Positions 28,690 through 37,994 of a DNA stretch of 64,000 nt are shown here, in pieces. The stretch lies in the sequence record SRR31156797_878; one strand, 5' to 3'. Positions within the stretch are counted from its first letter, which is position 1, and the number at the start of each line of letters is the position of its first letter. The notes below the pieces were generated by a model. That model was not told the DNA's origin and searched no databases. It saw nothing but the letters and a program-made list of their open reading frames with translations. The position numbers and the translations under genes are program-made.

Positions 28690-31600
28690 ATGAGTATTTC
28701 GTTAATCAATTATTTTATCCAGACGAGAGCCCCCAAATGGGCTACCAGGCAAGCATGGGAGCTACTGGACAGCGAGCAGGTGATGGATTTTTTGATTCAT
28801 GAAGATGGCGGAACCGCGGAAGCAACTGTGCGGGATGGAAATAACAGATATACAGTTGTGATCAGCAACTTCCGAAACATGAATATTGATGCACACTGTG
28901 AATGTAGCGAAGGCCAACCCAAACTTTGTGCCCATCAGATTGCCGTTTTATACAGGTTGGTCATTGCACTGGATACTTCTCAATCAATGCCCCATCCCAG
29001 GCGGAAAGTTCCAACCAGGAATTCATCCAGCCCATTGTTAATTGATGGTTTTGATGAACTAAATCGTAATAACCTGTCCGGGTATGTAAATAGCAATGAT
29101 AATTTCTACCACAGACAGGTCATCAACAAAATTCAGTTGTCTGACCAGGGTTTGTCATTCGTGATTTCATCATTTGATGAAGATTTCGAATACATCACAC
29201 GTGTTTATGTTGAGGGTAATAAATATTATTGCTATTGCAGTTGCGACCGGAAGGTAAAGGTTACGTGTGAACATGAGCGGGCTGCTTTGAATGCAATGAT
29301 CAAAGGTGGCAGAAACGTTTTGCAGTATTTTGTGCCCGGAAAACAGGAGATGATGCTAAAAACCATTTGCCACGAAAACGACATTCCAGAAAAATATGCT
29401 TCCGACTCCTTTATCCATATTGACATCGATGCGCGCTTCAATCCACAGGTAACTTTTCAGGGCGCTCTGCAAGGTCTGGTTGGTGAGGGATTACAGATAG
29501 GTAACTCAAGTTTTTATGACTATTTCGGGCAAAAGCTTAAGCTGGAAAAGAAAAATATCAAACAATTGTTTGAGCCGGTAAGCGATAAGAAAATGGCAAC
29601 AGGCTTTGTTTTTTTGTTTGATCAGGAATCTGATGATGATCCCGGAACCGCCTTATTACATGCCATCGCTGGCAGGGTAAATCGTAGTGGAAACAACCTG
29701 ACATCAGGAATTCGTGAAATAACAGTTGCCGACATCGCAGGAATTAAAGTAAGTGAGCAGGAGCGCGAAGCCATTATCATTTGTGAACAATTGAACAGTG
29801 TTGACGAATTGGATGATGATGGTGATACAGGTGATTTTGAATTACGCTCCATGAATAAGGACCATAAACACTTCAGACGGCTGTTTGAATTACTTGCCGG
29901 CCATCCGTTGGTATATACCCTGAAAGACATGAATACTGGCATCCGGAAAAATAACCTGCAGCAAATCCGGTTATCACCTGATATTATCGAGTTTGGGGCA
30001 AAACTAAAGTCCGATGAGGATTTCATTAGCCTTGTTCCTGAATTTAGAGTCTCTGATCAGGTTTTTGATATTCATGATGATAAAATAAAAAGAAGGTCAG
30101 GTTTTATCTGGGAATATCAACATGAGTTATTGCTTTTACAAAGTGTTACCATGGTTGATGCCATAAATTTTGTTGAACAGATAGGCGTGATGAAATCCCT
30201 GAAATCCAGAGCAACAGCATTTATTTCGAAGATTGTTATACCATTCTCAGAACGATTTAATATTGAGATTGAAGGGTTGCAGGATTTTGAGACGGATGAA
30301 ATTTTTCTGACACCCGTTAAAAAACAGGTTTACCTTTCTGAATTTAAAGGGTATATACTTTTTACGCCTGTGGTGGTTTACAATCATAAGAAGGAGGCAG
30401 AAATCATGACCGGTGGAAATTACATCGAACATAATGATGGCCAGGTAACGGTTTTGAAAAGAAACGATGAATTCGAAACTGAGTTTCTCGCATTCCTTCG
30501 CAATTTGCATCCTGACTTTGTTTACCAGGATCAGGAAAGTGCCATGGCCCTTCAGCTTGATGAATTGCTGAAAAACAACTGGTTTTTTGATGCTTTTGAG
30601 CAAATGAAGCAAAATGGTGTTGAAGTGCTCGGTTTGCAAAAACTCAAAAGCTTTAACTATTCTCCTTATCGTGCACGAGTAAATACCGGTATAAAATCAG
30701 GTGAAGATTGGTTTGACGTGAACGTTGAAGTTTCGTTTGGGGATCATAAAATCCCATTGGCAAAACTTCGCAGGCATATCCTCAACAAAGAAAAGTTTAT
30801 CAGACTGGGCGATGGCTCCGTGGGGATGCTTCCCGATGAGTGGGTAGCAAAACTGGAAAAATATTTCCGGGCAGGCGAGGTAAAAGATGATGAAATAAAA
30901 GTTTCAAAATTGCGATTTGGCATCATTGATGAACTTTTTGAAAAGATTGATGATACGGCTATTTTGGAAGAACTTGCAGAGAAGAAAAAACGCCTCGAAT
31001 CATTCACCGAAATCGGTAAAGTGCGGAAACCAAATGCCATTAAGGCCAAACTGCGCGATTACCAGAAAGAAGGCATCAACTGGCTGAATTTTCTCAAAGA
31101 TATGGGATGGGGCGGTATCCTGGCGGATGATATGGGTCTGGGGAAAACATTACAGATTTTATCATTATTGGCCAGCATCAAAAATAGCCGGCCAAAAACC
31201 TCATTGGTAGTGGTTCCTACAACCCTGATTTTCAACTGGCAAAACGAAATCCAAAAATTCTATCCCACACTTAAAGTATTATTTTATTACGGATCGAAGA
31301 AAGCCCGTGAAACGGAAAATTTTAAAAACTACAACCTTGTTGTTACCACCTATGGCCTGATGGTGAATGATATAGAAGCGCTGAGAAAGGTGAAGTTCAA
31401 CTATGTGATTCTCGATGAATCCCAGGCCATTAAAAACCCGTTGTCGAAACGTTACAAAGCCGCCTGTCTTCTTCAGGGCAAGAATAAACTCACCCTTACA
31501 GGAACACCAATCGAAAACAATACCTTCGACCTGTTTGCACAGATGTCGTTTGTGAATCCCGGGTTGCTGGGATCGCAGAAATCCTTCAAAGACCATTATT

Positions 31601-32436
31601 CGTCACCAATTGATAAGGATAAAGATCCTGGCAGGGCAAACGAATTGCGGAAGATCATTTCACCTTTTGTTTTACGCCGTACCAAAGAGCAGGTGGCAAC
31701 CGAGCTTCCGCCCAAAACTGAAGACGTAATCTATTGCCAAATGGATCGCCCACAGCGTGAGGTTTACGAACAGTACAAAATGAAATACAGGGCCTACCTG
31801 CTCAACAAGATAGAACAGGAGGGCATGGGCAAATCTAAAATGTCGATCCTGGAAGGACTGCTCAAACTACGGCAGATATGTAACAATCCACAACTGATGG
31901 GTAAAGATCCAAACGTAACTGATGAGTCGATCAAGTTGGATGAGTTGATGCGACAGATTAATGAAAAGACCGGAAAGCACAAGATTGTGGTGTTCTCACA
32001 GTTTGTTAAAATGCTAAAAATGATCGAAAAGGAGTTGCAACGCGAAAAACTGAATTATGAATATTTTGATGGCAGCTCATCACAGAAAAAACGCCGCGAA
32101 AGTGTTACCCATTTTCAGGAGGATGAAAAATGCCGCATCTTCCTCATCAGCCTCAAAGCCGGGGGTACGGGCATTAACCTTACCGCCGCCGATTATGTGT
32201 ATATCTTCGACCCCTGGTGGAACCCCGCCGTTGAAAACCAGGCCATCGACCGCACCTACCGCATCGGGCAGGATAAAAAGGTGTTTGCCTATCGCATGAT
32301 CTGTAAAGACACGGTGGAGGAAAAAATCATGAAATACCAGGAACACAAAAAAGCCCTCGCCGCTGACATCATCCGAACCGACGAAAGCTTTGTGAAGCAG
32401 ATGGATAAGGAAAGCATTATGGAGCTGTTTGGGTAG
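28690..32436 (+). CDS. SWIM zinc-finger SNF2/SWI2-family helicase
   Basis: CxC..CAH and CSC..CEH SWIM motifs; LRDYQ, LADDMGLGKT, DESQ, TGTPIEN and QAIDRTYRIGQ. Confidence 0.92.
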   Translation: MSISLINYFIQTRAPKWATRQAWELLDSEQVMDFLIHEDGGTAEATVRDGNNRYTVVISNFRNMNIDAHCECSEGQPKLCAHQIAVLYRLVIALDTSQSMPHPRRKVPTRNSSSPLLIDGFDELNRNNLSGYVNSNDNFYHRQVINKIQLSDQGLSFVISSFDEDFEYITRVYVEGNKYYCYCSCDRKVKVTCEHERAALNAMIKGGRNVLQYFVPGKQEMMLKTICHENDIPEKYASDSFIHIDIDARFNPQVTFQGALQGLVGEGLQIGNSSFYDYFGQKLKLEKKNIKQLFEPVSDKKMATGFVFLFDQESDDDPGTALLHAIAGRVNRSGNNLTSGIREITVADIAGIKVSEQEREAIIICEQLNSVDELDDDGDTGDFELRSMNKDHKHFRRLFELLAGHPLVYTLKDMNTGIRKNNLQQIRLSPDIIEFGAKLKSDEDFISLVPEFRVSDQVFDIHDDKIKRRSGFIWEYQHELLLLQSVTMVDAINFVEQIGVMKSLKSRATAFISKIVIPFSERFNIEIEGLQDFETDEIFLTPVKKQVYLSEFKGYILFTPVVVYNHKKEAEIMTGGNYIEHNDGQVTVLKRNDEFETEFLAFLRNLHPDFVYQDQESAMALQLDELLKNNWFFDAFEQMKQNGVEVLGLQKLKSFNYSPYRARVNTGIKSGEDWFDVNVEVSFGDHKIPLAKLRRHILNKEKFIRLGDGSVGMLPDEWVAKLEKYFRAGEVKDDEIKVSKLRFGIIDELFEKIDDTAILEELAEKKKRLESFTEIGKVRKPNAIKAKLRDYQKEGINWLNFLKDMGWGGILADDMGLGKTLQILSLLASIKNSRPKTSLVVVPTTLIFNWQNEIQKFYPTLKVLFYYGSKKARETENFKNYNLVVTTYGLMVNDIEALRKVKFNYVILDESQAIKNPLSKRYKAACLLQGKNKLTLTGTPIENNTFDLFAQMSFVNPGLLGSQKSFKDHYSSPIDKDKDPGRANELRKIISPFVLRRTKEQVATELPPKTEDVIYCQMDRPQREVYEQYKMKYRAYLLNKIEQEGMGKSKMSILEGLLKLRQICNNPQLMGKDPNVTDESIKLDELMRQINEKTGKHKIVVFSQFVKMLKMIEKELQREKLNYEYFDGSSSQKKRRESVTHFQEDEKCRIFLISLKAGGTGINLTAADYVYIFDPWWNPAVENQAIDRTYRIGQDKKVFAYRMICKDTVEEKIMKYQEHKKALAADIIRTDESFVKQMDKESIMELFG

Positions 32437-32460
32437 GTGTGTGATTTGATTGAGGATTAT

Positions 32461-32722
32461 GCCCTTTCAGGGCTTGGATTACCCTTTTCTTTATGTTGGT
32501 TTTTTGAAAGGGCGCTACCCTTCCTTATTGATTTTTGGGCTTTTGTTGGCTAAATCTTATCTCTTATTGATGGCCCTTTTTTGATGATGACAGCCCTTCA
32601 TCCATTCATAATCTTATCTTCTTTAAATGAGTTGAGCCCCAAAGGGGCGCTGTCAATTAGCTCATGGCATCGCCATGAGCTATTAAATCGAGGATATTTA
32701 CAAAAGCCCCAACGGGGCGAAA
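32461..32722. repeat. REP-like palindrome cluster between convergent genes
   Basis: GCCCT-ttc-AGGGC; AAGGG-cgcta-CCCTT; GCCCC-aaa-GGGGC; TAGCTCATGGC-atc-GCCATGAGCTA; GCCCC-aac-GGGGC. Confidence 0.7.
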
Positions 32723-32728
32723 TCAATA

Positions 32729-34111
32729 TCATTTCCTCAATCGTTCAACATCCTCAACCGTCTTTGGGATGGGTTTTCCGAGGAGTTTAAAGCCATCTTC
32801 AGTAATCAGGAAATCCTCTTCATTACGGCAGCCACCAAAGTCCTTGTATTCATCAAGTTTATCATAATTCAGGAAGTCTGTGAATTTCTTTTCAGCTCTC
32901 CATTTATCAATCAGATCGGGGATAAAATAGATGCCGGGCTCAATGGTGAGTACGAATCCGGGTTCAAGCTTCCTGCCCAGGCGTAATGATTTGGCACCGA
33001 ACTGTGTGCTTTTGGGTTCATTGTCGTAGCCAACATATTGTTCCCCCAGGTCTTCCATATCGTGTACATCCAGGCCCATCATGTGGCCAAGGCCGCAAGG
33101 AAAAAACATAGCATGCACACCGAGCATTACAGCGTCATCAACGTTACCTTTAAAAAATCCCAGATCACCCAGTCCACGAAGAATTTCACGGGCTGATTCA
33201 TAATACACATCTTTAAACGGTACACCAGGCTGCAGCATACTGATGGCAGCTTCATGCGAATTGAGTGCTACCTGGTAAATTTCCTTTTGGCGGGTTGTGA
33301 ATTTCTGGTCAACCGGAAAAGTGCTCGACATATCCCCGGCATATCCCATTTCAGTTTCTGCACCACAATCCAGCAGGAAGAGCTGGCCGCTTTGTGTTGT
33401 GTTTCCGTGGTAATGATTATGTAGGGTTTGCCCGTTGATGGTGGCAATTACAGGAAATGAAATGTGTCCACCAGACGCTTCAGCAATGCGCTGGACTTCA
33501 GCAGCTATCTCAGATTCCTTCATCCCGGGTCGTAACATTTTCATGGCTGCAATGTGCATATCGGCAGAAACATCCACAGCTTTTTCAATTTCAGCAATCT
33601 CTTCCGGGGTTTTGTAATTGCGCTGAGCGATAACAGCCTTAACAAATTCAAGTGAGGCAGCTTCATGTTGTTGTGCTGGCGAAATATCTAAAAGTTCAAA
33701 TATTTTAATCTTGTTTTCAGGGCGATAGGGTGGGATAAATTGAATTTTTCTGCCTTGTGTTGCTACCCTCCTCAAATCATCAACCAGCTTTCTAATTGGT
33801 TTTGTATTTGTGATTCCAACTCCGGCAAACCGATCAGCGATGGTGGGTTGTTTACCCATCCATACAATGTCATCGATGGTATAATCATCTCCGTAAACAA
33901 TTTCTTCTCCCGAGTCACAATCGATGACAGCCGCAAGGTTGGGGTGGCTCACACCGAAGAAATACAGAAAAGTACTGTCCTGACGAAAATGGAAAGTGTT
34001 ATCTGCATAATTCATAGGGCTTTCGTTGTTTCCCAGGAAAAGTAAAATGCCATTTCCAATGTCTTTTTTGAGCCTGTTTCGGCGATTGATATAGGTTTCT
34101 CTGCTGAACAT
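32729..34111 (-). CDS. pepP: Xaa-Pro aminopeptidase/prolidase (M24B)
   Basis: FRQDSTFLY, LHNH, LDCGAE..GYAGD, GHMMGLDVHD, TIEPGIY and RNEED. Confidence 0.9.
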   Translation of the reverse strand: MFSRETYINRRNRLKKDIGNGILLFLGNNESPMNYADNTFHFRQDSTFLYFFGVSHPNLAAVIDCDSGEEIVYGDDYTIDDIVWMGKQPTIADRFAGVGITNTKPIRKLVDDLRRVATQGRKIQFIPPYRPENKIKIFELLDISPAQQHEAASLEFVKAVIAQRNYKTPEEIAEIEKAVDVSADMHIAAMKMLRPGMKESEIAAEVQRIAEASGGHISFPVIATINGQTLHNHYHGNTTQSGQLFLLDCGAETEMGYAGDMSSTFPVDQKFTTRQKEIYQVALNSHEAAISMLQPGVPFKDVYYESAREILRGLGDLGFFKGNVDDAVMLGVHAMFFPCGLGHMMGLDVHDMEDLGEQYVGYDNEPKSTQFGAKSLRLGRKLEPGFVLTIEPGIYFIPDLIDKWRAEKKFTDFLNYDKLDEYKDFGGCRNEEDFLITEDGFKLLGKPIPKTVEDVERLRK

Positions 34112-34218
34112 GATATTTGGTTTTTAAACCACAAAGGCACTCAGGGCACTTGGATCCACTGTGTTCTTAGTGTTTCCCGGTGCGCTCAGTGCCTCAGCAG
34201 TATGGTTAAAACATATTT

Positions 34219-37200
34219 TTATTTGATGATGACTTTTTCGATGAATTGTTTTTCTGTTGAATTGATTTTCACAAAATAGATGCCCGGAACGGTGTTATCC
34301 AATCGGACGATCATATTCCCATTTGCCGATTCTGTTTTTATCAACTGGCCATGGGAATTGTATATTTCAACATTATAATTATCATCGCGGATGGTACTTA
34401 TGGTAAAATTACCATGGTTTGGATTTGGATGAATTGAATATCCCGGGCTATCGGACAATCCATCAATTATCCCTGTAGGAGATCCGATTTCAATATCGGT
34501 GATATAAAGGTTATTGCCAAACTTGTTCATACCCTGGAACATCAGTTTTACATTTTGAGCCCCTGCATATTCAGCCAGACTGATGGACGCACATTCGGCT
34601 CCCCAACCATTGCCACACCAATCTTCTGCGGAAGCAGGATTAAATGATGTTGAAAGGGCTTCGGTGGTTGCAAACACGCCTGAACCATCCGGACCATTTG
34701 CATAAATCCGTTGCCAGGTTTCTCCGCAATCTTCTGAGATTTTGATGATCAGCGAATCGTACAATGAAAAGCGATAGGTATATGCATAGTTGAACATCAG
34801 GTGTGGATTGTCAATTCCCTGGAGGCTCAATGCCGGCGAAATCAGGTTGTCGCGCTCATTCATATTGGTGTAGCTGAAAAAATTCATATAGGCAGCCATA
34901 TTGCCATTGGGCGACCAGTCGGGTTGGATGAGCTCCCAGGTACGTTGGCTGTCTTCATTTTCCACGATCCAGTTTTGCCCGGCAAACCCATCACTGAAAT
35001 CTGATATAAAGGGCAGGGTGAAACCACCGGCAAGAATGTAATTCTCTTTTTCGAGGGTGGATGTACCATTGGCTGAGGTTGCTGTAAGCGTTACAGTGTA
35101 AATTGCATCAGCAAGAAACTCCACCACCGGGTTCTGGCTTTGTGCAGAGGTGCCTTCCATAAATTCAATATCATCAGGCTCAAAACTCCATTCCCAGGAT
35201 ACAGGACAATACTCAGTTTCATCAATAAAGTAAACGATTTCGCCACTACAAATAGCCTGGTTAGATGCACTGAAACCTACCTCTGGCATAAGCGTTTCAT
35301 CCACGGTGATAAAGTCTTCAAGCACTTTTGTGTCTGTGCCGATTTCATTTGTTACGGTAAGGGCTACGTCCCAGGTACCGGGTGAATCAAAACTAATTCC
35401 TGTAGGGTTCATCTCATTTGAAGTTGCAGGGTCTCCGCCTTCGAAAGTCCATTCCCAGGATGTGGGGACACCGGCCGACACGTCCATAAAATCAACCGGA
35501 CAGGCAGGAGGAACGATTTCGTGTGCTGCATGAAAATCGGCAACAGGCTCGTCGTGAAACATCGGCGAACTCCACAGCCCACGTCCATAGGTTGCTGCCC
35601 TGATTACATCTTCGGCAGGATCTCCGTCTTCGTAATAAATCTCAACTTCAGTAGTGCGTGCACTGGCAGGGTAACCGTCTCCAAACAGTACCCAGTCATC
35701 CAAAAACATATCCTTGTAAAAAACGCCGAGATCAGTAGCTACATAAAGGCCTTCCTGGCTGTTTTTGTAATACGCAATATCATTTATTGTGATTTCAGGC
35801 AATGTTCCGGTGATGTCCTGCCAGGTGGCACCCCGGTCTAAGGATTTATAAACACCGGTACCCTGACACATATACACAATTTCAGGATCGAATGGATGTG
35901 CCTCCAGGTCGTTGATAGAAGCCGAGGTAGGTAGATTGGCAGAAATGTTATTCCAGTTAACCGAGGCATCATTTACATTATCCGAGCGGAAAAGGGTTTG
36001 GTTTTCCTTGGCAGCATACATAATGTTGATGTCGGCGGGAGAGTGCTCAAGCACACGCATGTTAGTGCTGTTGTTACCACCCAGGCCATTGGAAATTTTT
36101 GACCATTGCGGATTTCCGGAACGCACGTTATAGCCACGCCATACATTTTTGTAGCCCACAAACATAGTTGTGGCTTCTTCTTCATGAAGTAAAAATGGGG
36201 TTACCCAGGCACCGCCCTCATTGATTCCAAATTCGCCTTCACCGGCTATAATGCCAACATTATTGTTGTTGAGTACCCTGAAAATATCACCATAATAAAG
36301 TGTCCCATAGCCGTACAATCCATTTTCGTGGTCCACTGTACACTCCATGCCGTCTCCACCAATGTTAAAATACCAGTTGTTACCCATGTAGGTTGATGTT
36401 CCGTTATCCTGGTATCCATTCATCACTTTATCTTTAATCGTGGCACTTTGCCCGATTTTGTATACCTGGCCAATGGCCAGCCCATCAGTAATCAGGTTCC
36501 AGTTGTTTCCACCATTGCTGGTCCAGTAAATTCCACCGTCATTTCCGGCGTACAGCCGACCATCAACGGGATTGTATTCCAAAACATGAAGGTCGGCATG
36601 AACGGCAGGAACGCCGCAATCACCGGTCCAGTGTGAGTTGATGTCCCAGGTAACACCACCGTCAACAGATTTAAAACAATTTACACCACCGGCATAAATA
36701 ATATCTGCATTGGTTGGATCAGCAGCCATATCGAGATCGTACCAGGCCTGGCCTCCGGAACCCCCTTCACAGCCCCAGCTCATTATGTTCGGAGTAGTTG
36801 ACATTTCGGTAAAGCTGAGTCCGGCATCTTCGGAGCGGTAAGTTCCACCATAAACACTGCCTTGTGCCTGCAGGAAATAAACAACATTTGGATTGTCCTC
36901 AGAAACGGCAATTACCCCGCGGCTTCCGGAAGGTATTCCATTTTCTATTTTTGTCCAGGTTTCACCGCCATCAGTTGAACGATAAAAGCTTCCGCCAGCT
37001 TCAGCGAATAAAACTGAAGGATCATCAGCCTTAAATACAATTTCTTTATAGTTACCTGACTTTTTATTGTCCCAGTTTTCTCCACCATCAGTGGTTTTAA
37101 AAATGCCAGAGCTTGTTGCAGCGTAAATGGTTTCACTTTCATTAGGATGCATCAATAGCCGGCCCACTGTCGCATTGCCCATTCCGTAATTATATTGTGT

Positions 37201-37869
37201 CCAGGTTTCACCACCATCAAAAGATTTGAAAATGCCCAATCCGGGTGCATCACCCGCATCACGGTCGCCCGATCCAATATAAATTACGTCCGGATTGCTG
37301 TAATCAACTGCGATTGACGATACACCTAAAGTTGGTAGGTTATCAGTGGTAGTGCGCCATGTATCGCCCTGGTCATTGGTTACCCAAAAACCTCCGGCAG
37401 GTGCACCCACATAAATGGTTTGCGCATCAGTAGGGTGAAAAGCAATGGCATTGAGGCGCCCAAGGCCTTTGTAGCCCTTGTTGGCAGGAACATTATAAGG
37501 GCCAAGGCATTCCCAGTCGCCGAATTGTGATTTTTGTTCAGGATGCTTTTCCAGATAATCCTGGTAAGCCTTCAATTCGCGGTCGGGCGCTGGCCGGCTG
37601 CCATTAGGATTGATGCGGCTGCTCATCATATATTCCCAGCGTTTAAAAGGTTTCCAGCCGCTGCCTTTGGTAACTTCGCGATCTTGCCAGTAAAGTTCAA
37701 AGGCATGTTGAACATCGTAAAAATTAACATCCTCGTCCTGCATCATTTCAATCCAGTAAGGATGTTTGGCAAAGTCTTCGTCAGTGAGTGATTGGTAGTT
37801 CTGTGCTGTAAGTTGGAGCCCGAAAGCTGTCATTACAAAGCAAAGTAGAGTGATTTTGAAATGTTTCAT
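34219..37869 (-). CDS. Secreted T9SS cargo: VPS10/BNR (Asp-box) beta-propellers plus two PKD domains plus CTD
   Basis: Signal peptide; many S/TxDGGxTW repeats; PTSWEWTF and SWEWSF PKD motifs; HPNPNHG...GIYFVKI...EKVIIK; -7 element at 37905-37912. Confidence 0.85.
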   Translation of the reverse strand: MKHFKITLLCFVMTAFGLQLTAQNYQSLTDEDFAKHPYWIEMMQDEDVNFYDVQHAFELYWQDREVTKGSGWKPFKRWEYMMSSRINPNGSRPAPDRELKAYQDYLEKHPEQKSQFGDWECLGPYNVPANKGYKGLGRLNAIAFHPTDAQTIYVGAPAGGFWVTNDQGDTWRTTTDNLPTLGVSSIAVDYSNPDVIYIGSGDRDAGDAPGLGIFKSFDGGETWTQYNYGMGNATVGRLLMHPNESETIYAATSSGIFKTTDGGENWDNKKSGNYKEIVFKADDPSVLFAEAGGSFYRSTDGGETWTKIENGIPSGSRGVIAVSEDNPNVVYFLQAQGSVYGGTYRSEDAGLSFTEMSTTPNIMSWGCEGGSGGQAWYDLDMAADPTNADIIYAGGVNCFKSVDGGVTWDINSHWTGDCGVPAVHADLHVLEYNPVDGRLYAGNDGGIYWTSNGGNNWNLITDGLAIGQVYKIGQSATIKDKVMNGYQDNGTSTYMGNNWYFNIGGDGMECTVDHENGLYGYGTLYYGDIFRVLNNNNVGIIAGEGEFGINEGGAWVTPFLLHEEEATTMFVGYKNVWRGYNVRSGNPQWSKISNGLGGNNSTNMRVLEHSPADINIMYAAKENQTLFRSDNVNDASVNWNNISANLPTSASINDLEAHPFDPEIVYMCQGTGVYKSLDRGATWQDITGTLPEITINDIAYYKNSQEGLYVATDLGVFYKDMFLDDWVLFGDGYPASARTTEVEIYYEDGDPAEDVIRAATYGRGLWSSPMFHDEPVADFHAAHEIVPPACPVDFMDVSAGVPTSWEWTFEGGDPATSNEMNPTGISFDSPGTWDVALTVTNEIGTDTKVLEDFITVDETLMPEVGFSASNQAICSGEIVYFIDETEYCPVSWEWSFEPDDIEFMEGTSAQSQNPVVEFLADAIYTVTLTATSANGTSTLEKENYILAGGFTLPFISDFSDGFAGQNWIVENEDSQRTWELIQPDWSPNGNMAAYMNFFSYTNMNERDNLISPALSLQGIDNPHLMFNYAYTYRFSLYDSLIIKISEDCGETWQRIYANGPDGSGVFATTEALSTSFNPASAEDWCGNGWGAECASISLAEYAGAQNVKLMFQGMNKFGNNLYITDIEIGSPTGIIDGLSDSPGYSIHPNPNHGNFTISTIRDDNYNVEIYNSHGQLIKTESANGNMIVRLDNTVPGIYFVKINSTEKQFIEKVIIK

Positions 37870-37994
37870 AATTTTAATGTGTAGTGTTAAAAAAATATAA
37901 TGTGCAAATGTATAGAATTCAGATGATTTCGGTTGATTTTAGAATCAAATTCATACGTTGACTTGGCGTTATCCTATGAATTAAAAAGTACATA

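Noticed and set aside
32581-32790. 69-aa plus-strand ORF
   Set aside because: It runs through the REP-like palindromes and overlaps the pepP 3' end.
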